This document shows, piece after piece, positions 36,301 through 47,950 of a stretch of 64,000 bases of DNA; positions within the stretch are counted from its first letter, which is position 1; every line of letters begins with the position of its first letter. The DNA comes from Callorhinchus milii (Eukaryota): positions 3,286,001 through 3,350,000 of the forward strand of contig NW_024704770.1 in the NCBI RefSeq assembly GCF_018977255.1, in the 5' to 3' direction. The notes under the pieces were generated by a model. The model saw only the letters and a list, made by a program, of their open reading frames with translations. It did no database searches and was not told the DNA's origin. The position numbers and the translations under genes were made by a program.

Positions 36301-39300
36301 AGAGGAGCGAAATCACAAAGTTGTGCTTAGATAATTCTAGGCTTCATTTTAATAGCACGTCGAGTGTAGGAGGAAAGGAAGAGTAAAAGGAAGAGTAAAA
36401 GGTATGCGGGTGGGGAGGGAAGAGTTCCACAGTCTTGAGGCCCTGGGAAAGAATGAGTTTAAGTAGAAGTCACTATTACGAATGTCGATTTATATGGTGA
36501 GGGAGCAGGGAGGAGCTGGAGTGTGTGGCCAATTTTATTTTCAGCAACTAAGGCGGTCCCTCTCATCAGGTCCAGGCAATGCTACCGTACCAAATCAAAA
36601 CATTACAAGAGAGGTTCAGATGAAGGTAGCCAATTTAATCTCATCATTCTATCCTTTCACATTACAGCTGGTGTCAAGCATTCTCAATAAAAAGCCATTT
36701 CTTGACAGTATCTGTTCTGAATTTGTCCTTCATAACCCTGAACCCATGCCCTCCTGTCTTGCTGTGAAATCTGAAAATATTGCTCTATAAAGATCCAAGG
36801 CATGTCTCAAGAATCCTCCTCTTCGACCGTGCCTTCAAGCTATCCTCCTATCCATTTATCCTCCCTGCCCTCCTGATCCCAAACCCGCAGCTTGGGTCCA
36901 AATCCCTGACTGTTCAGCGCCATCCACCTGACGTGAAAGGCGCTGTACAAATGTAAATTGTTGTTGTTGTTGGACGCAGCATATATGTGTTCTGTTTGGT
37001 CCAACTAAACGCTTGGTGAACTACTGCATTGCTTAATATCAGTCTCACAGTCCATCTCCACAGTCTAACTTGGATAATTTTTCACCCACATGTGTTGGAG
37101 TAATTACAAAGGACTGGCCTCCTGCTAATGCAAGGATCGGAGGGAACAATAATGACATACATTTCTACAGCACCTATCACATCAAAATCAATGTCTCCAA
37201 TGAATGCAGGAAAGAAGAACAATTTGCATATTTACAGAGCCTATAACGTTAAAATGGCTTAAAGCGTTTCACTGTAATTACTGTCAGGTGCTGTAATTTT
37301 TGTCAGAAAATGTAGCAGCTACAGTTATTTTGCGCAATGCAAAAGGTGCCACAAACAAGAACAATTAATCGGGAGCACTTCCGGCCAGGCGATTGGGAGA
37401 AACTCACTTCTCTTTTCCAGTAATGTTTAATGTTTAGCTAAACTGCCACATGGGACTTCAGTTTAACCTCTCATCTGAATTCTGGTGCCTTTGACAAGGC
37501 ATTGCTTGCCCAATAAAGGTGGAGTATCTTGCTGGGCTGTGAGCTAAGTCTCTATGTGGGGCTTGAACCCAGAGATAGGAGTCGAGTTGAGCCATGCTGA
37601 TACTGAGTAAATATAACATAATAATCATAATCCTTGCATTTGATATACTGCTTTATCACAGCTTCAAGACGTCTCAAAGTGCTTCACAAAATATACCATA
37701 AAGTGAATTGACTATATATTTTGTGGGCGAAACCTGGCGAAACATTACTTCTAATTAATTGAATTTTCCTTTCTCCAGAGCAAGCGTAACAAGTAAACTC
37801 CTAACTAAATTGCTTCTATTATTGTTCAGGTCTGATCGACGATTGCAGCCTGGAACCCAGCAGGCTTTTCAGTCCAATCAACCCACCTACATTCAAACGT
37901 CAGTCCAGGCGCAGCTGGCAGCCACAACCAGGAGAGCTGCTCTGCTTGAAATTACATTTTATAAAGAGAAAATGATCAATTATATACTTTTTAATTCAGC
38001 AGAATTACAGTGTTGGGAGTTCTAACACCAACAACAGCAATTAAAGAAAGCTGATCCTTTAATAAATACAAATATTCACCACCTGGTAACTGTGTTCAGA
38101 AGTACCCCAGAATGTCAAATTGCAATCTCATCTTAGTCCATCACACCAATTAGTTTTAACATGTAAAATCATGCCATATTGTAGAGAATGCCTTTAATTC
38201 ATTCTTAATTTGGAAGCCACTTCTTTTTGAGAACTGCGGAAAAACAACTTCCAAATTTAGATTTATGTTTTCGACAATCCGTCACCACCTTAACTTTTAA
38301 AACAAAACAGTGTCGCAGGCTGGGACGAAGGCCTCCAAATATTTAACCAACCCCACGTCCACAGACATCTTTTCCCCCTTCCCCCATGCCTCTGATCTCA
38401 CAGTTTAGGTAAAATAACCATGAAAGACACTATATAAATGCAAATTACTTTCTGGGAGTCTCTCCTTATACAGTCTTAGCCAACACATCCTCCTTAGCTC
38501 ATCTCTGAAACCTGTCCAATGCTTCAATATCCTTTTGAAGGTAGTTTGCTCGAAACTGCACCAAGTATTCCAAATATGGCCTTGCCAGTGATTTATACAA
38601 GGCTAAAAAAGCATTTTTCAACTGATTTTCAAATGCCTTCAATAAGCAGAAACATATCAACTGCCTGATTTACCATTAACTCCGTAAATTTGAATCTATT
38701 TTAAAAGGCTAACGTATGGACCTTTGTCAAATGCCATTCAAATAATCCAAGTAAATCATATTCACTGAACTCGCACTCTGTGCCTTTCTCCTCATGAGTG
38801 AACAATGAAATGTTAACACTGTAGGTTTGACAATTGGAAGTGCAAAGCACAAATGCCGTGTTTCCCACAGATAAACAGCTGGCCCACATTCACTGTCCAG
38901 GGTCACACATTAACATTGTCTTCTAGGATGAGGCTTACTCAAGGTCTTACACTGAAATGATAGCCTCACCCCTCCTGGTTTACAACCCAAATGAGACCCA
39001 AACCCTGTCAGTGTGAATAACCAGCTCAGAGTAACATTTAAACAGCAATCTAATTCTCAGTGCAGCAACTCGACAGGACAATTCCCTGCAGCCAATGTTG
39101 TGGACCAGCTGGCTGCCTCCTGCCATGAATCTCCTTGCTGAGCAAAGGCGGCACTGATCACCACACACAGCAGCTCATTGCTGACACCCAGTGGAACTCA
39201 GTCCATTCACAGACAGTACCAACAAAGGCTCAGTGGATTTCAGATTCACGAGCAAACTGTGGGTATGAATTGTGACTTCTTTGCTACAAACTGTAATTGG

Positions 39301-39770
39301 AAGGCGAGAGCCTCAATTCTTTAAAGGAGAATTAGATACAGTAGATGCTTGAAGAGGAGGAATATTTAAGGAGGTAGGCAACAAGCAAAAGAGGAATTTG
39401 ATTAGGTGGCTCACATGGAGGAAACACCATTGCAGACCTGATGTGGATATAGGCCTGTGTCAGTCTTGTAACATTCCACGAGAGGCTCTATATTAATTCT
39501 CTCTCCTCCCTACACATGCACTCAGGCAGGTTGAGTGAACGGAAAGATTTCAGACTCATAAGACAATAAGAACATAAGGAAATGCTGAAACAAGACCGAG
39601 TTCCATCCTGTTCCGCCATCCTGGCAGTCGGATGCACATGTCGTGTCCCAAACTATACACTGTTTCCCCAGATATTATCTCCTAAAAGACTCAGAAAAAT
39701 TGAACTTTTGTCCTGAGGCTGGACAACAATGCAAGGACATGGGAGCTCACTGTGACAATCTCCCTCTTAC

Positions 39771-40003
39771 CTGTTGGGGTCTTGATCTGCCTGTGTGATG
39801 GCTATCCGGGGAGGAATGTGCAGTGGCAGAGTCGTTGGTCGCTGAAAATAGCCTGGCTCTGGAGATCTGGACCTGGATCTCCACTGGGGAACCTGCAGAG
39901 TCCCGGCAAAGCAGCGGCGGCCTCGACGTACGTCCACACCCAGGGAACTGCTGGAGGTGTAGGACCTGCTGTAGCGGCCTGGCTCCAGCGTGTCCTTGCT
40001 CTT
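39771..40003 (-). CDS. PDE4A: PDE4A8/PDE4B1-type second coding exon (KSKDTLEPGRYSRSYTSSSSLGVDVRRGRRCFAGTLQVP...RPTTLPLHIPPRIAITQADQDPN)
   Basis: Acceptor tttccatttctcttccag|AAG and donor CAG|GTAAGA; 233 nt, phase 0 to 2. Motifs SxSYxSSS-LGxDxxRGRRC and RPTTLPLxIPPRIxIT match the PDE4B1/PDE4A8 unique N-termini. Confidence 0.92.
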
Positions 40004-41844
40004 CTGGAAGAGAAATGGAAAACAAAAGCCATCAAAACATGTAAAAATGTCACACATACTCACATTGAATAAAGCTGAGAATGTCCTTTCTGCTGCTGTC
40101 TGCAGCCAATGACCACTTAGAAACATTTGCTGTAACAGCCAACAAAGGATGACCTGTAGAGTGGGGAGCTCCTACCTCAGGCTTCCACAGGAGGTCTTTG
40201 CCCGCTGACTTGCCCTGTGAGATTTGGATGCTACTCCCAGGAAGAACAGTGTCTTCCTCCACTTCCCGACACACACCATTTGCTGGCACACAATACATTA
40301 GAAACACATGTAAGAGTTTACCAAGTTTGCACCGTTGGAACCAACCCCCAATGCTGAGGAAAGTTGTCCAGCCACACTGATAGCACGATTTACTGATAAA
40401 CTGTTCATTTGGTTCAGTATAAAGTGACAGAAAAAGCCAACTAAAAGAAAACATAATAGCATTTCCGTAGCTGAGCTCCCAGAGGCCCTCGCCAGCACTT
40501 ACTCAATTTCACACCCGAATATTTCTGCACACCGAGTCAATTCAAGCAAGGAAACGGCATCAACAAGCTATCAAATCCCACCCTCAGCAGCAACAACAAC
40601 AACAAAATTACATTTGTATAGCACAAGGCAAACAAAAGCCCAGGCAATCATTGGAAGACAGTGTAGAGTGAAGTTTCCCAGATAATGGGTCTGCCCCGGT
40701 GTGTGAGTGGGAGTTGTGCACTTTGTGGAACCACACTATATCTTTCAATGCAGAAACCAATCCTCAATTTCATGGTGCAATGCACAAATATATTTAATAT
40801 TGTCATTCCTTTGCAGTTTTTTTCCCCCTCCATTTCTCCCCCGCCCTGTCAGCTGAACAGCAGGTTCATACCAGCCCTGAAAGAGGAAAGAGCTTACACT
40901 CGATAAAGTGTCAGTGATGTTGGAACATCTCAAAGCATGTCAAAATAATTATTGTCAAGTATGTTTGTAGGCGAATGTGGCAGCGATGTTGGGCAAAACA
41001 GTGTCCCATAAATAGTCTCACGATGACTTAAGTTATTAGGAGGATGGTTGGCCAAGACACCATGAGGAACTCCCTTCTCTTTTCCAATGGTGTTGTGGAA
41101 TCTTTAAAGTCCAACTGAACAGGCAGAAGGGACATTGGTTTACCTTCTCATCCACAAAATGATGCCTCTATCAACTTAGCACCCCCCAGTCCTGAGCTCA
41201 AATATCAGTGTGGACTATGAGCTTAAAGCTCTGACGAAGGACTCAAACCCACAGCCTATGAGAGTGAGTGTTATCAACTGGATCAGACTGAGACCACGAC
41301 TGTATAATATTATAATAATAAACCCAGGCTCAATGTTGTAATATGCTGCAACTAGGACAGAAGACCGGGAATGATATTTTGAGGCTCTGGTGCTGTTAAT
41401 CACAATGACATTTATTTTTTTAAGAGTTGTTTTGCCACTAAATATCTTTTAATCATTTGTTCAGTGCAGATAAATAAATCTGTCACATTCAATCCATCTT
41501 ATTTCACTACTCACATTAGAAAAAATCTAATTTTAAGCTGCAACAGTAGCAGATGGTTTACAGAAACAATTGATCGAATATGCTCGCCTTTAGGTGGACG
41601 GTCACACAAATAAAACACATCATCACTTTCATTAGAAATGAAGAACATTAATTTATTTTTTAATATTGGTGTGGGAGGTTCTAGGGACAGGAACAGACCG
41701 AGACTGTAGGATGCAATGGTGTGTGTGCTGCTGGGGATTTCAGCTCTTTGGGACGTCCTCCCAACGTGAAAGGCGCTCTATAATTGTAACTGTTGTTGTT
41801 GATAATAATATTATGTGGCCTGATCACATAAATTTCCCATCATT

Positions 41845-42121
41845 ATAAGGGAGAGGTTAGGAGAATTTGTTTCACACATGCACATGCACACGGATCTATT
41901 AGAACATGGAATTCCCTAACAAAAACACGGGTTGAAGCAGAATTCATAATAACTTTTGAAAAGGAATTAGACAAATATGTGAAGAGGAAAAATATAACAT
42001 GCGTGTCAGTGTGTGTGTGCGTGTGCGTGTATATCTGTGTGGGGGATATGAGGCGTCACAGACATAGAGCGGCACAGGCACAATGGGCTGAGTGGCTTCC
42101 TTCTGTATAAAATTCTATGTG
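41845..42121 (+). mobile_element. Degraded CR1 3' fragment with internal (TG)n
   Basis: aacatggaattccctaac...aaaaggaattagacaaatat...tgggctgagtggcttccttctgtataaaattctatg. Confidence 0.65.
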
Positions 42122-43776
42122 GGAACATTCTTTGAGGGGATCGGGGAAAGGGTGGGTGAAATCCACAGTAGGGAATCGTTCAATTGGGCAAATTCGGCAA
42201 AAATCTTAAATTCAGCCTTAATTTGGAAGGCAGTTTCAGTGATTCTTGAAAGGAAGCCAGTTTCCAAACTCAGACAGATTACAACCAATTTCTAGAATTC
42301 CTTACAATCTTGCATTTTATAAAAATAACAATTTAGTCACTCACTCCACGACTGTTTGTGAGATACTGCTATGCTTCCGTGTTTCGCCCACAAAACACAG
42401 TCACTCCAATTTACAGTATATTTTGTGAAGTGCTTTGAGATGTCTAGAAGACATGATAAGGCGGTATATCAAGTGCAAGGATTATTATTATTTTCGGACA
42501 ATGGCTTTTAAGGCTGAGACCATGAGACTTTTCAGGCTTCTGCCCTCTCCCATTGGAATTTTCCATTAGGGAGAGTAGCTTACGGTTCCTAACGTATAGG
42601 ATGCGGGTACAGCCCTATTTCCTGCTACTCCGCAGGAAATGCATTGGAGCTTCAGTGGACTACATTGTTCATCAGACACAACTCTTTAACCAACACCTGC
42701 AGGAAACGCCAGCAAACAGGCTACAAGCATGCTTTCACTGCAGAGAGCACCCTGGAGAAAGACTCGTTGCAATTCAAGCAAAGCTAATTAGATGGAGAGT
42801 GACCTTAGCTCATTAAGGAATGTGACATGAGCTTCGATGCGAGAATTACAAGCGAAACCTGGTACACCCCCAGCCGCCTGAGGGTAATGAACCTCAGCCT
42901 TTCATTAGTAAACTGACAAATCGTTAACTAACAGTGCGTGTGCAACGGGTAGGGATCAACTCCGGCGCGTGCTTCCTGCACAGTAATTAGAGTACCTGCC
43001 CCCAACCAGAGTTCATTAATTCATTCCTGATATGTATCAGCTTCTCTCAGTGGGCAGCACTCTTGTCTCCGAGTTGGAAGGTTGTATGTTCAAGCCCCAC
43101 AATGGGAATTTGAGCTCAAAGTCTACACTGACACTCCAGTCGTTCTCTCTGCCTATTTGGGTGGACATTAATGAACCGTGACGCTGGAGTCCTAGCTACC
43201 AACCCTCCAGATAAACTGGTAATTCACCTCATGAGTGTATGTGGGATTTTGTTGTGTGTAAATTGCTTCTATGTTTGGCTACAAATATACAGCAACTAAA
43301 CTTTAATTCCTTGTGAAGCTCTGTGAGATAATTCAGTATACTGTATTAAACTTCATAATTATATTACTAACCAAATCACGGCCAGCGGAATAAAATAAAA
43401 AATAAAGTGCCAGGTCCGCTTCCACTATTCTGCCACTTGAGGGCACTCTGACTCCACCATTTTGAACATACAACAATAACAACAAAATTACATTTGTATT
43501 GCGCCTTTCACGTCGGGAGGACATCCCATAACATAACATTAAGACTGAAGTTTTTCACTATTCAGAAATATAGTAGCCCGAGTCTAAATTACACGTCATA
43601 ACCTTTAGAACAGTGTTGAATCAGGATTCCCTTCAACACGTTATCAGTGCCCCCCCAACCCCCCCAAAATGATACATTATCCTGATCGTTCCTGTCCCAG
43701 CACTTAAATCCCAATGGGGCTAAAACCCATTGTATTCTGTTTGAAACACAACAGCAACTTGGATTCCTATAGAACC

Positions 43777-44110
43777 TGTGGAGTCCAATTTGTGGAGTGA
43801 TATAGCTCAGAGGTTAGAGCACTCGCTTTGCAAGTGAGAGACCTGAGTTCAATTCCAGGCAGAGGGCGAAACCTCGGGCAAGTTTCCTTACTCCACACAG
43901 AGCCTAATAATAATCCCTCCAAAACCCAAAACAATAATAAATTGGTCATTTTCAATCCTCGACTGTTTGTGGGACATTGCTGTGCGCAATTGGCTGCCGC
44001 GTTCGCCCACAAATATACAGTCAATTCACTTTACAGTGTGTTCTGTGAAGCGCTTTGAGATGTCGAGAAAACGTGAAAAGCGCTGTATCAAATGCAAGGA
44101 TTATTATTAT
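43777..44110 (+). mobile_element. Same SINE family, near full-length copy
   Basis: Duplicated tgtggagt head start, A/B boxes, Deu core and (ATT)n tail. Confidence 0.9.
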
Positions 44111-44293
44111 AACCTTTCACTGAGGAAAACCTCACAAAGCACTGGGCTGGTGTGGATCGCTGAGCAAAGTGAGAAACATGGAGGTAAGAGAGGGAGGTGA
44201 CTGAAAGCATGGTCAAAAAGAGAGGGTGAGCATGCCAGGTGGAGGGATTTTACAGAGACTCAGGGGATGGATGTCACAGTAGCCTCATCGATT

Positions 44294-44476
44294 TAATAAT
44301 AGTAACAATCCTTGCAGTTGATATAGCGCCTTATCACGTCTTTGAGACATCTCAAACACTTCACAGAATATACGGTAAAGTGAATTGACTGTATATTTTG
44401 TGGGCGAAACGCGGAAGCCAATCGTGCACAGTAGAGTCCCACTAACAGTCGTGGATTGAGCGACCAAATTTATTTT
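44294..44476 (-). mobile_element. Same SINE family, 3' half
   Basis: Reverse complement of 43940-44110. Confidence 0.88.
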
Positions 44477-44568
44477 TATTTTGATTTGAAGGCTGAAAGC
44501 ACCCAACTGCAATCTGTACCTGTGACACAAACAGAAAAACACACCACTCAGCATTGTTATGTACTCAC

Positions 44569-44610
44569 TTCCTCTACATTTACAGCCAGGACACTTCTAC
44601 TCTTCTTCAT
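44569..44610 (-). CDS. PDE4A: PDE4A long isoform (PDE4A8/PDE4B1/PDE4D7-type) first coding exon, MKKSRSVLAVNVEE
   Basis: ATG at 44610, 14 codons, then a GAA|GTGAGT donor at 44568 (phase 0). The peptide resembles the PDE4B1 start MKKSRSVMTVMADD and the PDE4A8 start MKRSRSALSV. Confidence 0.9.
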
Positions 44611-44830
44611 TGTGAGAGAGAAGCCGCCCAGTCCGGTCCGATGACGAAGGGGAGGTTACTGCACCTAAAGCTCAGCCACGGCTGCGAACACCCGGGTGTC
44701 CCAGGTACCGACGGAGGTGATCACTGGCCCCGTTACAGCTCCAAGAATATTTAGCCGCGACTCATCGCTAGAAGCTTCAGAGGGATGTCGTGGCGGGCAG
44801 GGAATCCCGTCTCGGGATTTCGTTTTCTAC
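44611..44830 (-). other. PDE4A: 5'UTR part of the MKKSRS start exon
   Basis: Strong acceptor cctttcctttttctttccag|g at 44831/44830. A weaker alternative acceptor ctttag|g lies at 44664. The sequence is CpG-rich and non-repetitive. Confidence 0.6.
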
Positions 44831-45977
44831 CTGGAAAGAAAAAGGAAAGGTTATTGAAGACGGTGGCACGACTGGGACCACATAAAACCATTGCAAAAAC
44901 AAATGACAACCAGCAAGGGGCAGCACAACAACATAATACTAATTCAAATAAGCTTTGCATTTAATTTGATTTGGTGCCTATTACCTGAAAACGCTTCTCA
45001 GGTAATTGCCATCAACTGTTGTGACTGTATTTGTAAGCAGACACGGCGATGTGTGTATGTTTGGGTGGGGGCGGGGGGGGAGGGCAGAGTATTTGCTCTG
45101 GTTTAAGTAGGCAATGGGTCTTTCACATACACTGTTCACCAACACTGTGAAAACCCTTCAATTTAAATGTAGAAAGAAAAGATTTGTGTCAGCTCCAGTA
45201 GTTCATTCCCAATTTGTTTGGGGTTAGTAGGGAGTGATTTCACATACCTACTGGACAATGATGCCAAAATACTGAATTCCACAGTAATCAACGATCTTAC
45301 TTTAAGGTGCAGTACGCTATTTCGGTGGGACGCTGAATGGAGTCTCCCCTATGCCGCTCCAAGTTCACCCCCAAAATTCAAAGTAATTGGTTGCTCATCT
45401 CATTGTTAGTAGGATGCCGCTGGCATAGACTGGCTGCCACATTCCCCTCCATAATTTTCGACTGGCCTCCTTCCATAAAGTACTTTGAGACTCTTCTTTT
45501 ACATGAAAGGCGCTGTATAAATGCAAGTTGTTCTAATATAAGCCTAGTATCAGCACATTATTGAAGGTGCAGTCATTCTGATAAGTCGTTAACCTGAGGC
45601 CTATCTGCTTGTTCGGGTATCGGTTAAAGATCTTGCGATACAATTGGAAAAGTGGATGTTTCTCCTAGCAACCTGGCCAACAGTTGTACACATTGATCAC
45701 TTATTCACTTCATGACTGACACAATAAGCAATATGTCACTATCAAGTTCTCTAACATGTGTCTATGAGCATTTTAATGAACCAAGAAAGAAAATGAGATG
45801 CTAGTTTGTTTCTTGTTGCAGCGAGGGCTGTGCTCTGCGGAACACGTTGGAACAGCAAGATGACGCGAGTTTGCAGCACCACATCAATCATTGCTGTAGC
45901 AGTTGGTTCGGTGAAGCACTAATCTCAATTTAATTTTGTTATTGATTAACTGATTCCAATTGATTCCAATGTATTAC

Positions 45978-46049
45978 CTGCCACGAGAAAGGAGTGGATG
46001 AGACCCATTACAGAGGGAAATTCTTGAGCTGAAGCTTTGCTTTCATACA
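45978..46049 (-). other. Candidate 5'UTR exon (or 3' end of a larger first exon)
   Basis: Acceptor ttttttttcccacag|t and donor CAG|GTAATA. It lies 1.1 kb upstream of the start-exon acceptor, next to an RFX X-box. Confidence 0.3.
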
Positions 46050-46113
46050 CTGTGGGAAAAAAAATCTCATTGATTCGAGAAAGGAATAGCACTATTACAC
46101 TGCCTTGAGGAGC

Positions 46114-46127
46114 GTAGCCATGGCAAC
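46114..46127. promoter_or_regulatory. RFX X-box (GTAGCCATGGCAAC)
   Basis: Matches GTNRCC-N0-3-RGYAAC, in a unique CpG-containing block upstream of the A8-type start exon. Confidence 0.45.
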
Positions 46128-46590
46128 CGCACTGAATTTTTTTTGTGAAAGGGATAAGAAGCCCTGGGAGTGTTCTGGGAGGGAAGGTACGCGTGTCTCT
46201 GGGGGGAGATCCTCTGCTCGGCTGACACGCTGACAGACAGTGAGGGAGATGCCAAGAACGGTTCAGAAAAAAACACATCCCCGTCAAGCCACATAAAACT
46301 CATCCCCTCCCAAGTGACTCGTCCAAGTCTGAGCAGCAGCAGCCCCCGCTCCCATCTTCTCAATCCAAGCTTTAATCACACGCTGATTCTCAGCACCTCC
46401 ATGATGTTTGGTGTTCAAGGGGTTTTATACATGAATTTAGGAACAGAAGGTGGTGAATTGCCCATCGAGCCCACTCTGTTACAGGCCATGCCATGGCATG
46501 ACATACCTCCACTCTCCAAACCCTACTTCCCCCAATGCAGTTTGCTTTGGACTCCACGTTCAATTTAAACTTTCCTCTCAACAGTACACT

Positions 46591-46872
46591 ATAATAATAA
46601 TAACAATCCTTGAATTGGACATCGCGCTTATCACGTTATTGAGACGTCTCAAAGCGCTTCACAGTATTGTAAAGTGAATTGACTATATTTTGTGGGCGAA
46701 ACGCAGCAGCCAATTGTGCACAGCAGTGTCCCACAAACAGTCATGGATTGAGTGACCAAATTATTACTATTATTTGGAGGGATTATTACCCCCGGAAAAG
46801 CAATCCGCCAATTGACTAACCGGGTTCCTACTACTACGTGGTAAACAGGCATGTGGATTAAGCAAAATTTCC
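46591..46872 (-). mobile_element. Same SINE family, 5'-truncated
   Basis: ataataatccttgaattggacatcgcgcttatcacg...ccccggaaaagcaatccgccaattgactaac. Confidence 0.88.
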
Positions 46873-46879
46873 AATGATG

Positions 46880-47095
46880 TTTCCTCTTAAAATATTTATC
46901 CAATTCCTTTTCAAATTCTGCTTCAATCAGTGTTTTGATCACGTGTCCTAATAACGCTCTGTATAAAAACTTTCCCTTAGTGTTTTTAGTAAAAATCTTA
47001 AAATGAATGCCCCCAAATGCTGATAAACAGACCAGTGCAAACAAGTGTTTTCTCTCATTGCCTCATCAAACCTCTTCATGATCCTGAACATATCA
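46880..47095 (-). mobile_element. Degraded CR1 fragment
   Basis: cctcttaaaatatttatccaattccttttcaaattctgcttcaatc; the minus frame reads EAEFEKELDKYFKR. Confidence 0.55.
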
Positions 47096-47711
47096 TACAG
47101 GTAACACAGGACTCTTATACAAGTGAGCGCAGAGACCTGTAGATAAGAATTAAAACTTCCTTGTCAATTGATTTCCATTTGTAACTGATACACCAGACTG
47201 CTCCTTTATGATTACCAATAGATTTCTGTAACTGCCCTGTTGGGATGGCTGCAAATCATTCTAAAAAAGAGCGCTCAGCTTACACTGCACAATTAATAAA
47301 AGGATACAAACTGCGGCTTTGCTTACTTCATTACAGTGCTGATTTATATTAAATCTCAGAGAAGTGACTAGCAGAGAGGAAATGGAGAGCTGCCTACTTC
47401 CCTAAAGATGGATCCTAAGTCTTAGAGGAAGAACTAAAGTGGTGGATGAATTAATAATCACTCATAGACATTGCTCCATACCAGACACAGCTTCAGATTA
47501 GACACAACCCCGTCATATCTCTGCCAACAGATACAGCCCATCATACCCCTCCATTGTAGTCTCGCCCACAAAATATAGTCAATTCACTTTACAGTATATC
47601 CTACGAAGCACTTTGAGACTTCTCAAAAGCCGTGATAAAATGCTATATCAAATGCAAGGATTATTATATTATTACAATCCCATCCAACACCCCCTCCCCC
47701 ACCCCGCTTAC

Positions 47712-47950
47712 TGTACTAGATTCAGCCCCATAGTATGTATCTCCATCGTGCCTCCTCTCTAGTGACGTCTGCTAGAAAGTCGATGCATAGCGGTGTTGGG
47801 TGAGTCAAGATCGAGATCAACTTTGATAGCCCTCTTTCTCTCTCTCTCTCTCTCTCTGCCTCCTCCAGTTGAACAGCTGGCTGAGCTCGCACACTGAATT
47901 ATCATTAAGAGTAAGGTACTGAGAGATGCCCAGAACTGAGCACGAGCCAG
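47712..47950 (-). other. Candidate upstream first exon/promoter of the A8-type isoform (contains short ORF MEIHTMGLNLVQ)
   Basis: Non-repetitive block with a (GA)n tract, CRE half-site, AP-1 site and E-box. It ends at an ACA|GTAAGC donor (47711). The 5' limit is not defined. Confidence 0.35.
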
